Below are positions 54,401-59,679 of a stretch of DNA of 64,000 nt, in pieces. The first letter of the stretch is position 1, and every line of letters starts with the position of its first letter. The stretch is from Candidatus Nomurabacteria bacterium (GTDB taxonomy: Bacteria; Patescibacteriota; Minisyncoccia; Phycocordibacterales; UBA9973): positions 201,159-265,158 of the forward strand of contig JAIOPO010000001.1 of the NCBI GenBank assembly GCA_021413905.1, read 5' to 3'. Below the pieces are notes generated by a model. It had not been told where the DNA came from, did no database searches, and saw nothing but the letters and a program-made list of their open reading frames with translations. Both the position numbers and the translations under genes were made by a program.

Positions 54401-55740
54401 GGATCTCTTCCTATTTCATCGTTTCCTGTTTTAAAACGATAACCATTAAATAAAATTGAATGACCAACACCAGTATCTATGACTACAGTAGAATTCCCCA
54501 ATTGAGGATCTCCTCCGTCATTATCAAAATTTTGATCCAACCATTTACTAGAAGAATCTACTCCGTCAATAATTTTCATTGCTCCTTCTGAATCATTTGG
54601 ATTATTACTACCACCTGGATTAGTAGCTGTAGTTCCTTCTGGCCAAACTGCGACTTCACCATTATACAAAGGAATAAATTCTTTCACTTGAACACAACAA
54701 ACAGCATCTCTTCTTTTTGTAATTTCCCATTTTACATAACGATAATTCGCATTAGTATTAGCTTTACTATATGTAAAATTTACGCTTGTTTCAGTTTGAT
54801 TAGTATTACCATCAATACCTTTTACATATAATGTATGTTCACCTGTTGATGGTTCTGGAATATCATTACCGCAAGAAATGCTAGAATATTCATCTGTATC
54901 AAATTTATAACTGCAAGTAACAGCTGTATCCCAAGAAATAGAAGGATTCCATACTGAAATAGTATCGGAAATCGGTGAATTTATCACAACACTCGGGGCT
55001 AAAGCAACCAATAAAGCCTGACTTTCCAAAGCTTGACTATTTGTACTCAAAGCACGATCATTCAAAATAGTATTAGCACTTGAATATCCAGAAGCAGAGA
55101 CAGTCACAAATGCATCATTATCATCCTCGCTCAAACCAATAGGACAAAGATAATCTCCTGGTGTTGATGATTCCACACAAACAGCCGGGCCAGCATTGAT
55201 ACTAGCACCAGATATTGGATTACTTGTATCAGAATCAGTTACTGTAATTTTATGAGAAAAAAGAAGGGCGTCCGAATTTGTAAAATTCGCAGTATGTGTT
55301 GAACTTGAAGTCCAAGTATCTAATGTGTCTGGATTATCAAAATTAACCAAAAAAAGATTATCCATTTCATGTGTGACATATCCATCGAGACTTACTCTCA
55401 CATCAACATAAGTCCCACTAATACAAGAAGCAGAAGCAGACAAGTAACTTGAAAAAGAAAAAGAGTTAATACTAATATTACCACTAGAAATAACACCGAT
55501 ATTCTGCCAAGTTCCACTATTACAACGAACATCCACTGAAGCATTATCTAAACTTGTGTTATCAAACTCTCTTTGTACAGTGACATACAAACCACCAACA
55601 GGAACAGCGTTGGCTATTTTTATACCGAGTATTGGAATAATAGGTGAAATAGGTGCGACAATAAAACTAAAAATAAACAAACTAAACAAAAAAGTTTTTG
55701 ATATCTTTTTTAATAACTTAAAAAAATGATGTGGTGACAT
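39211..55740 (-). CDS. Giant (5509 aa) multidomain cell-surface protein with N-terminal signal anchor and C-terminal peptidoglycan-binding domain
   Basis: A single uninterrupted ORF of 16,530 nt. The N-terminus is MSPHHFFKLLKKISKTFLFSLFIFSFIVAPI. Domains in order are a discoidin-like domain, seven GLUG-repeat modules (each opening with DPYQISSC.QL.NIN...Y.L..DIDC...GF.PIG...F.G.FDG.GY.I.NL), a LamG domain, Fn3-like domains, a 7-blade propeller, an Asp-box/BNR propeller, a Gly run (GGGGGGGGYGGY) and a PG_binding_1-like C-terminus. Confidence 0.9.
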   Translation of the reverse strand: MSPHHFFKLLKKISKTFLFSLFIFSFIVAPISPIIPILGIKIANAVPVGGLYVTVQREFDNTSLDNASVDVRCNSGTWQNIGVISSGNISINSFSFSSYLSASASCISGTYVDVRVSLDGYVTHEMDNLFLVNFDNPDTLDTWTSSSTHTANFTNSDALLFSHKITVTDSDTSNPISGASINAGPAVCVESSTPGDYLCPIGLSEDDNDAFVTVSASGYSSANTILNDRALSTNSQALESQALLVALAPSVVINSPISDTISVWNPSISWDTAVTCSYKFDTDEYSSISCGNDIPEPSTGEHTLYVKGIDGNTNQTETSVNFTYSKANTNANYRYVKWEITKRRDAVCCVQVKEFIPLYNGEVAVWPEGTTATNPGGSNNPNDSEGAMKIIDGVDSSSKWLDQNFDNDGGDPQLGNSTVVIDTGVGHSILFNGYRFKTGNDEIGRDPISWKLYGSMDGNTWTLLDDLSDQYVTIVRSNLTEDFNFHYDPNAEFLDGDGSSGNPYQINSCAQFEHINSHLSSYFILMRDLECAGEHNNIIIDPGSMYGGFQGNFDGNGHNIDVSINYEGDNAGLFSFLHNATVSKLSISGSVQNIGSGLGGLTGFSNNSIIDQVINKANITGDSHVGGIVGSLGNNSQITNSYNIGNIISNFGNVGGIAGTVSLSSVVNSYSRGTVFSEQTNTGGLVGVIQSGAVIQNSFSVASVNSGSYHGAIFGINQTSDSVGSMLSNVFWDTLRSTQSACGNTNSGDPYLGDLATCENKNSIGSEMDYFKNTSSVFPFLGHWDFSSEPIWDSASNEYPTLHNVLNDEGPVNDRPVIHISSCSDFENINNLLDESFVLDGNLSCAGEGNSMMINSGVFSGSLDGNGYTITINLDGEGDPNIGLFSELSDTANIQDLHLAGNVQSINGSTIGALAAIANGATITDVYSSVDVSAGSGNNIGGLVGVAYGTTISGGEFNGTINGNSNIGGVAGYASNVTISDVTFSGIVNGSYCTGGVVGYLSTDIESNILNSNVSGDVNADGSQVGGLIGYSDVYDAGNLDVHGNTITGDVTLSSSSYYLGGLIGFVEGYSTGNGNINIEIFSNTIENGLIDGSNGAFSVGGLLGEIDVYDDSGSGVIVTTIHDNESNDDILGGSQYTGGLIGYSYVNNNSNNDTTNFYILNNNVTGDISGDSYIGGIAGEIDAEIFGNNNLDFQFNNNSYTAGSVTGTSNSVGGLVGYYYLFDNSSYDLTNQFKYNYSNGVISGNSNTGGLIGFLDTTGSHVDIDFRENFFGGENSSVNSTGLAQNMFDGFFAGGLVGFSNTNDTPFTIIDSYVNTNISGWAIVGGLVGYNYPEISVVNSYSKVNLNGTGFSSSGTAGGLIGYEGEGFGPGTGIINIQNSFASVQFSNFGAGYIGNIVGDYVGTLNTINTFYNDSTPEVYCSNQGPNDDCNGVNVNDNPYYFVGNNANFPLNFFDVDVWSFVAGSFPTLINVSGDDIALFDGGSGTVEDPYQISSCIQLQNINQNQSANYILTDNIDCNSDTHEGGPLYNIGYGFTPIDQFSGIFDGDGYTINDLYINNSSSNNIGLFSYVQQGAIIKNVGLENVDITGADFTGGLAGENYLGKIYNVYVNGNVHGVDVVGGVVGSNNDYSNFIVNSYSGANVTGSSNVGGFVGQNVGQIMNSYATGNVSEIGGDNFTGGFVGYNEYDGVIKNSYATGNVSSEGFFTGGFVGYYASLDILNSFSSGNVDQGLNTDYVGGFAGSGDDYLTGLDYYDQVASGHNYCVGIFGDWAPSCVSVNDIQTYYSNNSVNSPLDKWDFSSAWSTNISGYPTLRQGNLFSGTGSGTDIDPYVVTSCSQFKEINNFALLDSSFLLDADLDCADDGTQIMVGNIIPFTGHFDGNGYSINIDIDNTDGTYHDVGLFVSLNQNALIENLTVTGDILSPYNVGGIVSEINNSAIQDSSSYVNITSTANDGWNPLIGGIAGYTVSSSLSNDNYHGNISVADSVWSVGGLVGYEDEDTTISDGSYSEGDISILSGANVGYAVGGLVGWATYAIIEDSYSNTNISSLSYSNNTGGLVGQSENSSIYRTYATGDIYSIGAYVGGLMGDVIDSEVYDSYSTGTVSCNDVCGGLIGVVANSNVFNSYSSSTIVGISSSFNSHISSFIGQALNASHIEGNFSVGSVTFWNGNEITNTPGVNDTYIGGIVGQENSNLGLNEIINNSYDQINTGVNQCIGDNTPGGQNGSSNSDCNPVNTIETPNENYFKNDNSNAPLNSFNNTNWVFTENYYPTLANLSSDDPNVYYTQGDGSPENPYQINSCTGLQNVNNDLNASYILTQNIDCSDTINWNSGQGFEPLGNDDYLFNGNFNGAGYKIINLFININSSLGVGLFGETNSSAVIENLGVENENITNASSYTGGLVGYNEGTIRNVYTTGRVTSEGTYTGGLVGVNDGLTTIDKSFSNVTVVGAVASGGLIGENHGTISDSYATGSVSGGQYVGGLTGINFYIISSSYATGSVFGNGSTHGGGLTGYLNGEITDSFAVGRVSNFSSLSGGLIGEYVNGALINNFYDQIRTEQSGCSQGSDISGCSAVNTIGNPDTNYFKNNNTNEPLASWDFNDTNIWDTSTSYPLLHGNTISGISFVNPTPENNSSQSSSVAEINMDSSSIGANHYAFTDIDNSLVAFWRFENNANDDTSSSNGIWHGTETYSTGKFGKAANFNGNSYISTTLPSTITGDFTFSSWVYLNNRYAGQSIFSDENGHLIQIGGGGQWQFDEYATFAPADIGAWTHLVAVENNGTETLYVNGEIAASGGASRNIGQTINIGRRTDGVYINGKMDDTLLFSRALNSNEIASLYNAHINQYDYTNEDFSNGSHSFTGYAVNTSGVKSSTEERSFTKASDFDGGDGSEGDPYQISSCPQLQLMNNDLSAHYILVDNIDCSDTLSWNANASEWVDGIVDGELIPDSYSEVTHTDIIVENNGYYGFEPVGNDSTPFLGTFDGDGYTINNLWIFRKDSDNNGVFGKTQNANIHDVNIENSNIVGAQNTGGLVGYMYGGTITDVNLTNNMIRTYLDYHGGGLVGMMEEGASINHIINNNGVVHGSGDIIGGLVGELDSASISNSSSSADVDGGASIGGVVGSANNGEITNTYASGGTVTSNRSEYLLMKTGYAAGGFVGYLYGSNISDSYSTENVNSTGDAAGGFAGVVNYSNLMNDYATGNVTGNQETNEYNTYNPNYVGGFVGAMYSGSNITMSYATGDVTTTGSYVGGFVGNLDGYSVVDNSFSLGSVNGDDYVGGFTGSISNLSLINKVYSKGLVTGNNTENTGGLVGYNSETGNIYNSFWDNENSNQSTSAGGTGEDTSTMKTESTFTDAGWNFDTLWDIDGFTNDGYPFISESASIFNGSGNESDPYQISSCSEFTSMNNSTNSSYILMNDLDCTSLGNGVVIGINREFSGNFDGNGHTITVDINAPSESNAGLFSVVGNGSKIQHLTVNGSVVGQNVVGMVVGANYGQILDVHSSGNVSGDSNVGGLVGFLYSYYVDASDSSANVSAISSNAGGLVGVNSGDISNSHATGDVSVSNTNSSHAGGLVGVNSGDISNSYATGDVTMGANSGYAGGLVGEIDSGDISNSYATGNVNIVDGSNIGGFAGHVQDASIEQSYSTGDVDGNGDGSNQLSYNVGGFVGSTYNATISNVYSKGNVSGNTNVGGLIGQLESNVNLNNAYSIGLVIGVEDYGGLIGLQTNINNTVTNSFWDLNTSNQINGNDGTSKTDAEMKNVDTFTNIESSGISNVWDFINNPVDDENNNDIWDISSMKNQGYPFFVWQSNIPIVETLVPSNTSDNSVNLNAQIVEAGNLEISERGFEWGLTDSYGESWSESSGPYSESIFSKTIYSLSANQTYHYRAFIVNNDGTTFGEDRTFIATNAKWQDVGDQDNFNNYEYNQSLKLNSQNVAYVAYVDSSNGYGVSVKKNNGSDWELVGEPNFSGTQVDYLSMQMYQDIPYVFYVEVNNEYKITVKRFVNDTWENVGDPRFNTGYAYELSSAISANGTPFVAFEDSNYGYKGTVMSFDGNNWNIIGNAGFTDGQIYRNQIATDSNNIPYIIYSDSSHSYSATVKKLVNGDWSTLGNPYFTSNYAWHVSMVLDSNNIPYVTYSDCNQNCSISVMTLDNDTWVNVGDPEFSGTGGVSYNKILVDSNNVIYVGFEDCSNACAATVMKWNGESWIYVGNAGFSTGSIEHFSLALDSNNIPYVAYHDNSLQNKTIVKFLPVISYEYYESDETHGAVSPSNPGTLVSYNGYLKTLTEDQRYLVTDISQSDSGYDSQIFKIHQNLNEINTPTFTINWKGHGAVPDEKNVIVSIWNFNTSEWEQISTEHCAEDCDISGSKTGSDYYDNNDNVWIWVKAENSVSTDLELSLTNTQTLPISWITNNESTTELAYDTISHLNDGWDSYASHTTDDNLVTSHETSPSLIDTTEKSWREVASSYDGQRLFGVVNGGDIWASNNSGLTWNNISASLGVKNWRSVSSNSNGTIIFATVDSGNIYRGVTNNGGATWVWTNLSSVSTDYPGTQDWLKVVSSADGYSISAIIDDYSYIYTAQSNDSGLTWIWTENTSTGLQNWRSIAMDYTGDKIFAVSSYDVENNANGSVWSGVNDGGWTWTDLSQISTGYPNNMSWGDSYISTNENGSKFVVAKEGGYIYTVKSGETWDWTENQDLGTPYWYSVNMSPDGSKIILGENCGQIGVGIYNSQSGIWSWSRKGPNQCFGIGAASNYNGSKLIMSVGSGALWTSNDGGENWLNVTGNAYYYRVRSCDAEGVCKTSPEQTILYGISSSCPFIFTWNGEEYKFIIDASSSGTMGQGLDREQWKSTPFYKAPTYPNPESFVKIPSGYMAPTTNNNGTYYDIKTTFELNEVNYYDQANLEVIDHSSNVNIFPDARQNKQIHTIAKNAQAPIWIKDQNGKDVKSLIAYDDNNYYHTRKEDTSSYLTMKLSNDTVTPANLKIVVKKGKEGLFQGNKQSDALQYKNSSGVFVNVPENMNPSIGKRSGQSVTNRILSNSYGVDTKVIDLSGLTIKDNEIRFVMTNRQIQTDIDWIAVDTSPDEEISKSVLSPYYANLHFRGISNMIPLNANDAHMGDLEIPDYADLISKKGKGNTLTGMATKYGDVKDLLANVDNKFVITTQGDEISLRYEVPVQANGTERDFIYDTWDYHKSFHNALGDTIFPLPFNEMTNYPYHENLEHYPTDTEHNAYQAEYNTREINWGTDESVATPGIHHSLNTDFVNVSVSDSNDSVENPIVTTSSASSVSRSQGTLNGTIVSTGGELASVRGFYWGSTTNYGNTILQNIGSYDEGSFSTVISNLSCGTTYHFKAYAINSSGTGVSDTDRVFSTSACLVASGGGGGGGGYGGYSSTQDTTQKDVKNLEEKINNISSDFKIIKTGLPDGFQFKKNLKQSNTNNDVKLLQIFLNNNGFTIALNGVGSKGKENNFFGKKTKQQLIKFQEAHAKEILIPQGLKKGTGVLGPYTRKILNAWLMANN
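41420..42400 (-). other. BNR/Asp-box beta-propeller domain of the giant protein
   Basis: Five Asp-box motifs are present: SNNSGLTW, TNNGGATW, SNDSGLTW, VNDGGWTW and SNDGGENW (S.D.G.TW). Confidence 0.65.
42960..44030 (-). other. Seven-blade beta-propeller-like repeat domain of the giant protein
   Basis: There are seven repeats of about 48 aa, W..VG...FS.G......LA.DSNN.PYVAY.D......TVMK, running from WQDVGDQDNF to NKTIVKFL. Confidence 0.5.
44960..45150 (-). repeat. Near-perfect 90-bp in-frame tandem duplication inside the giant gene
   Basis: agaatttgaaatatcaccggaattaacaccgaccaaacctccggcat recurs at 45001 and 45091. It encodes two consecutive copies of HAGGLVGVNSGDISNS(H/Y)ATGDV, with a third diverged copy adjacent. 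Confidence 0.75.
47240..47770 (-). other. LamG/concanavalin-A-like lectin domain of the giant protein
   Basis: The segment runs from LVAFWRFENNANDDTSSSNGIWHGT...GDFTFSSWVYLN to LYVNGE and ends DDTLLFSRALNSNEIASLYN, a classic Laminin-G_3 pattern. Confidence 0.7.
54300..54750 (-). other. Discoidin (F5/8 type C)-like carbohydrate-binding domain of the giant protein
   Basis: The segment runs from NYRYVKWEITKRRDAVCCVQVKEFIP to ISWKLYGSMDGNTWTLLDD, a galactose-binding-like fold pattern. Confidence 0.5.
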
Positions 55741-55751
55741 ATAAGATAAAA

Positions 55752-56270
55752 TTATTTTTTAGTTTTTATCTTTTTAAGAGAACCATTTTTTTTACTATTA
55801 AAAAAATTGTTTGCATTTTTCATTTCAATAATATTTTTAACTTTTGATACAATATATGCATTATTGTTTTCTTTGGAAAATACAGTGACATTGTCTCCTA
55901 CCTTAAAATCTGAAATTGAAGGATTTTGGATACCCTTAACTAAAAACTCTGTTTTGTCATTTAATGAGAAAGTACTAACTAGTAGATCTTTATTCTTTAT
56001 ATTTTTTTTATTATTTGTATTTTTCTTATTTTCTTTTTTATTTTTATTAATTTTTGAAATATGAGATTCCGTGACAGTGATAGTACCATTGTCTATACTG
56101 GAAATAACTCCTCTGAAAATATTACTTTTAGGTATTGTAGTTGAAATATTTTTTATTTTGGATAAATTTTTAGAAACTGGAGCATTATCAACTGCAAAAA
56201 CATTACCAACAAAGAGACTAAAGAAAAAAACTGACAACAGACTTACGATATAAATATATTTTTTGTACAT
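55752..56270 (-). CDS. Secreted Lys/Asn-rich small protein encoded immediately upstream of the giant gene
   Basis: The start was taken at ATG 56270 (MYKKYIYIVSLLSVFFFSLFVGNVFA, a signal peptide). There is a low-complexity K/N stretch (NKNKKENKKNTNNKKNIKNK). It is on the same strand and ends 11 nt before the giant ORF start. Confidence 0.4.
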   Translation of the reverse strand: MYKKYIYIVSLLSVFFFSLFVGNVFAVDNAPVSKNLSKIKNISTTIPKSNIFRGVISSIDNGTITVTESHISKINKNKKENKKNTNNKKNIKNKDLLVSTFSLNDKTEFLVKGIQNPSISDFKVGDNVTVFSKENNNAYIVSKVKNIIEMKNANNFFNSKKNGSLKKIKTKK

Positions 56271-56361
56271 TTTTTGAAAAATTAAAATAATAAAAGAATA
56301 ATGTAGATTAATTATATCAAAACAAAATATTAAACACAAACAAAAAGAGTTTTTTTGACAA

Positions 56362-56928
56362 TTACCCTAAAACTTCATTTATTATTTCTTTCAGTCCCTT
56401 TTTTTCTTTTGAGGAGAAAGGCAAGAGTTTGTGTTCGCCGACTGTTTTTTTAATTTCTTTGATGCTGTTGTGATATTGTGATTGATTCAATTTGTCTATT
56501 TTAGACAACGCAATTACGAAGTCTTTATGCTGATTCACCAGCTCTTGATACATTGCGATGTCTTTATCCGTCATCCCCACAGAAGCATCCACGATAAACA
56601 CCACTTTCTTTTGGTCAAAATTTGTATTAAATAAATATGAATCTATCAAATCATAAATCTTTTCTTTGCCTCGTCCGGAAGCTTGCGCGTATCCATAGCC
56701 CGGCAAATCCACGAAATATAGATTGCTATTTACAAGGAAAATATTTATCTCTTGCGTGCTCCCTGGCAAAGAACTGGTGCGAGATACCGTGCTATGCGTC
56801 AAAGCATTTATGAGGCTGGACTTGCCCACATTGGAGCGCCCAATAAAAGCCACTTGTGGCACGCCGTCCGTCAATATTGCGTCATCCTCCACAATCCCCT
56901 TTAAAAATTTTACAGAATTTATCTTCAT
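56362..56928 (-). CDS. engB: Ribosome biogenesis GTPase EngB/YsxC/YihA
   Basis: The G1 motif is AFIGRSNVGKSSLINALT and the product (188 aa) has a typical EngB layout. Confidence 0.85.
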   Translation of the reverse strand: MKINSVKFLKGIVEDDAILTDGVPQVAFIGRSNVGKSSLINALTHSTVSRTSSLPGSTQEINIFLVNSNLYFVDLPGYGYAQASGRGKEKIYDLIDSYLFNTNFDQKKVVFIVDASVGMTDKDIAMYQELVNQHKDFVIALSKIDKLNQSQYHNSIKEIKKTVGEHKLLPFSSKEKKGLKEIINEVLG

Positions 56929-56964
56929 AATTTTATATTAGCAAATTAAAATTTTTTAAGCGAC

Positions 56965-57513
56965 TTAATACAATTGTATAGCTTTTCTTTTTTGCTTGTG
57001 GTCAGAGATTTGTTGTGCTACGAGTGCCCAAAACCTTGCTGAATGATTCATCTCTTTTAAATGGCACAGCTCGTGCACGATGATATAGTCTGCGAGTTCC
57101 GCGGGCAAGAAAACTATTTTATAATTAAAATTCAAATTGCCTTTCCCTGAACAGCTTCCCCATCGGGATTTTTGATTTCGTATGTAAACTTTCTTAAAAT
57201 TAAATTTGTAAAAATTATTAAAATGCTCCAGTCGCCCGCTCGCAAGCTCGCGGGCTCTCTCCTTATTCTCACTAAAATCCTTTATCGAACAATGCGCCAA
57301 GATTTTCTGCGGTTTAGCTTTCTGCTCCGCTATTTTACTCTGCACCCAATCCCATTTCTCCCGCATTATTTTCTCCACACTACCCAAACTCACCCGCGCA
57401 CCTTTCGAGACATATACCGCCCCATCCGCCCCCACACTTATCAAAACCTTCCTCCCCCGCACCGTATTTCGCACCCGATAATTAAGTCCGTTTAGATGTT
57501 TGATGGTTGGCAT
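56965..57513 (-). CDS. YgjP-like (DUF45/M48-type) zinc metallopeptidase, last gene of the hsd operon
   Basis: The sequence is WGSCSGKGNLNFNYKIVFLP...IIVHELCHLKEMNHSARFW, with the HExxH motif of YgjP/WLM-like proteins. The product is 182 aa. Confidence 0.75.
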   Translation of the reverse strand: MPTIKHLNGLNYRVRNTVRGRKVLISVGADGAVYVSKGARVSLGSVEKIMREKWDWVQSKIAEQKAKPQKILAHCSIKDFSENKERARELASGRLEHFNNFYKFNFKKVYIRNQKSRWGSCSGKGNLNFNYKIVFLPAELADYIIVHELCHLKEMNHSARFWALVAQQISDHKQKRKAIQLY

Positions 57514-57521
57514 GACTTTAT

Positions 57522-58706
57522 CTACACCAATTCCCCATTAAAAGCTTCACGGAGATATGATTTTTCTAATTTTTTAAAATCTTCAAGTTGTGATTTTTGT
57601 AATTCTACCATTTGACGAATTTTTTCTGAAAGTGTATCCAATCGTTCAACAATTTTCTTCTGTTCTGAGAATGGTGGAATTATGAGTTTTATGTCATCTA
57701 GCATGTATTTAGTTATTTGATTTATCATTGGACCCCCACCAGCACTAAACTGATCAAAAAATAACTTAGACTTAAAGAAATAATAAAGGTAAGCATTATT
57801 TTCACTTCTAATAATTGTCATGAACGTACCGAATGTCATTTTCTCAGTAAGATTTTTAATCATTGCAGTTTTCCCAATTAGTCTTTTACTTCCATTTCTA
57901 CTACACATTAAAATATCTCCGTCTTTCACAAAGAGTTCTTCTTTTATTTTCTTTTCAACTCTAACCAAACTAGATAAATCAATTAAGTCCTTTTGCACAT
58001 TGGAGGATCTTAAAACTATAGTTCCTTTTGAACCAACATCACTAGGAGAGTAAGTTAAACCTATAGAATATTTTGCAATATCTTTTAAAAATACTTCCTC
58101 CCAGCCTTTTTCTTTACCCTCTTCAAAAATTTCACGGAGGGTTTGGGAGAGGATTTTTTCTGTTTCAGCGATTGATTGTTCGCGCAAACTTTTCACCTCC
58201 CGAATCTTTGCAAATTTCTCATCCAAAATCTCCACAATTTTCTTTTGAATTTCAAGTGGTGGAAGTGGGATTTCAATTTCTTTTAATCGTGAACCTGAAA
58301 CCTCTAAAAATGTTGAGCCACTACCTAAAGAATTTAATAACTCTGTATTTGAAAATAAAAAATAATATAAATATTTATTAAATATCTCTGAACCACAAAT
58401 AAAACTACGGCAACCCTGATTTGTTGCCATTGGTACTGTATTTATAACGACATAACCAATCGGTGCGCGAGATGATAATATAACGGACCCAATAGGTAAT
58501 TTTTGAGCTGAAGAATTTTTGAGTCCTGATTCAGAAATTTTTCGTTCAGTTTCAGAAATCTGAAAACTATCAAGTCGTCCAAGATCTTTTGGTGTTACCC
58601 AACACAAATCACCACCCCAATATTTTGAAATACCAGTTTTTGGAGTACCTCCGCCAACGATTTCACAAATCTCACTTAGTTTTTTTATTTGCCAGTTAGT
58701 TTTCAT
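57522..58706 (-). CDS. hsdS: Type I restriction-modification specificity subunit HsdS
   Basis: There are two target-recognition domains with conserved central and C-terminal coiled repeats. The N-terminus is WQIKKLSEICEIVGGGTPKTGISKYWGGDLCWVTPKDL. The product is 394 aa. Confidence 0.85.
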   Translation of the reverse strand: MKTNWQIKKLSEICEIVGGGTPKTGISKYWGGDLCWVTPKDLGRLDSFQISETERKISESGLKNSSAQKLPIGSVILSSRAPIGYVVINTVPMATNQGCRSFICGSEIFNKYLYYFLFSNTELLNSLGSGSTFLEVSGSRLKEIEIPLPPLEIQKKIVEILDEKFAKIREVKSLREQSIAETEKILSQTLREIFEEGKEKGWEEVFLKDIAKYSIGLTYSPSDVGSKGTIVLRSSNVQKDLIDLSSLVRVEKKIKEELFVKDGDILMCSRNGSKRLIGKTAMIKNLTEKMTFGTFMTIIRSENNAYLYYFFKSKLFFDQFSAGGGPMINQITKYMLDDIKLIIPPFSEQKKIVERLDTLSEKIRQMVELQKSQLEDFKKLEKSYLREAFNGELV

Positions 58707-59677
58707 ATTTTTGTGTAATGTTTATCCATTTCCTTATATACTTCTGAAGAGAAAAAGGCTCTTTTAATACCACTCTTTTTTACAGGATCTAAATAACTGA
58801 ATTTACAAAATACATCTTTGCTTTTTATTTCCTCAATAATTTTATTAAATACACTATTTTGCTTAAAATCACTATATCTATTTTTTAAAGAAGAAACTAA
58901 ATCTTTTTTATTAATTGTATATTTAGTTTTAAATAGACTTTCTTCACTAATAAAAACTGATGCTCCTTTTTTTCCAACCCTGACTGTATTTATTCCAGAT
59001 GACCCTTTTTCAAACTTTGTAACTAAATTTAATGAAAAATTATGTGGGGAGTTTTCAGTATAAGGATTTTTTCTCTCTTTTAATTTAAAATATTTTAGTA
59101 GATTTTTCTCTTGAACTGTTTGTTTGTTCACAGAAAAACTTTCAATTTCGTATGGATGAAAAAAAGAGATTGGCATTAGATAAAAATTATATTTGCTCAT
59201 ATCGTAACTAAACCAATCAGAAGTAAATTCTAGGTAACTTTTTAAAGAAGCTGTGCATATTTCTTGTATTTTTTTTGATAAATATTTATCACTATTATAG
59301 AAATGTATACTATTATCTCTAATTTCAATTATTGCTTCTAAATTATCTTTTACTACTTTTGGTAACTTTAAAAGTTCTATTAGTTTAAATATCTCCAAAG
59401 TATACGGGTTACCGCTCCTATTTTCCTTTGGATAAAACCTTTTAACTGGATCACCTTTCTTCGTCTTTGTTTTGGACTGAACTTGAATACTTGAAACTTT
59501 ATTTTTGTTGTCTTTTAAAACTTTTGCTTTAAGTAATAGTTCCCAAGCATTAACTAGTAATATAGAAAATATTTCTTCTCTATACGCAAAATCTGGCTTA
59601 TTATAAATCTCTATTGCTGAAATAATAGAAGCAACTGATTTGTCAAGTAATTTACTTTGTAAATTTTGTTTTGCCAT
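58703..59677 (-). CDS. HEPN-motif protein embedded in the type I RM operon (candidate RNase/abortive-infection effector)
   Basis: An Rx4HxY motif (IEIRDNSIHFY, Arg120/His125, nt 59302-59328) follows the N-terminal helical region SAIEIYNKPDFAYREEIFSILLVNAWELLLKA. Its start overlaps the hsdS gene's 5' end by 4 nt (ATGA) and its stop is 2 nt from the TIR gene start. The family assignment (DUF3644/DUF4145-like) is from memory, not searched. Confidence 0.5.
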   Translation of the reverse strand: MAKQNLQSKLLDKSVASIISAIEIYNKPDFAYREEIFSILLVNAWELLLKAKVLKDNKNKVSSIQVQSKTKTKKGDPVKRFYPKENRSGNPYTLEIFKLIELLKLPKVVKDNLEAIIEIRDNSIHFYNSDKYLSKKIQEICTASLKSYLEFTSDWFSYDMSKYNFYLMPISFFHPYEIESFSVNKQTVQEKNLLKYFKLKERKNPYTENSPHNFSLNLVTKFEKGSSGINTVRVGKKGASVFISEESLFKTKYTINKKDLVSSLKNRYSDFKQNSVFNKIIEEIKSKDVFCKFSYLDPVKKSGIKRAFFSSEVYKEMDKHYTKI

Positions 59678-59679
59678 GA

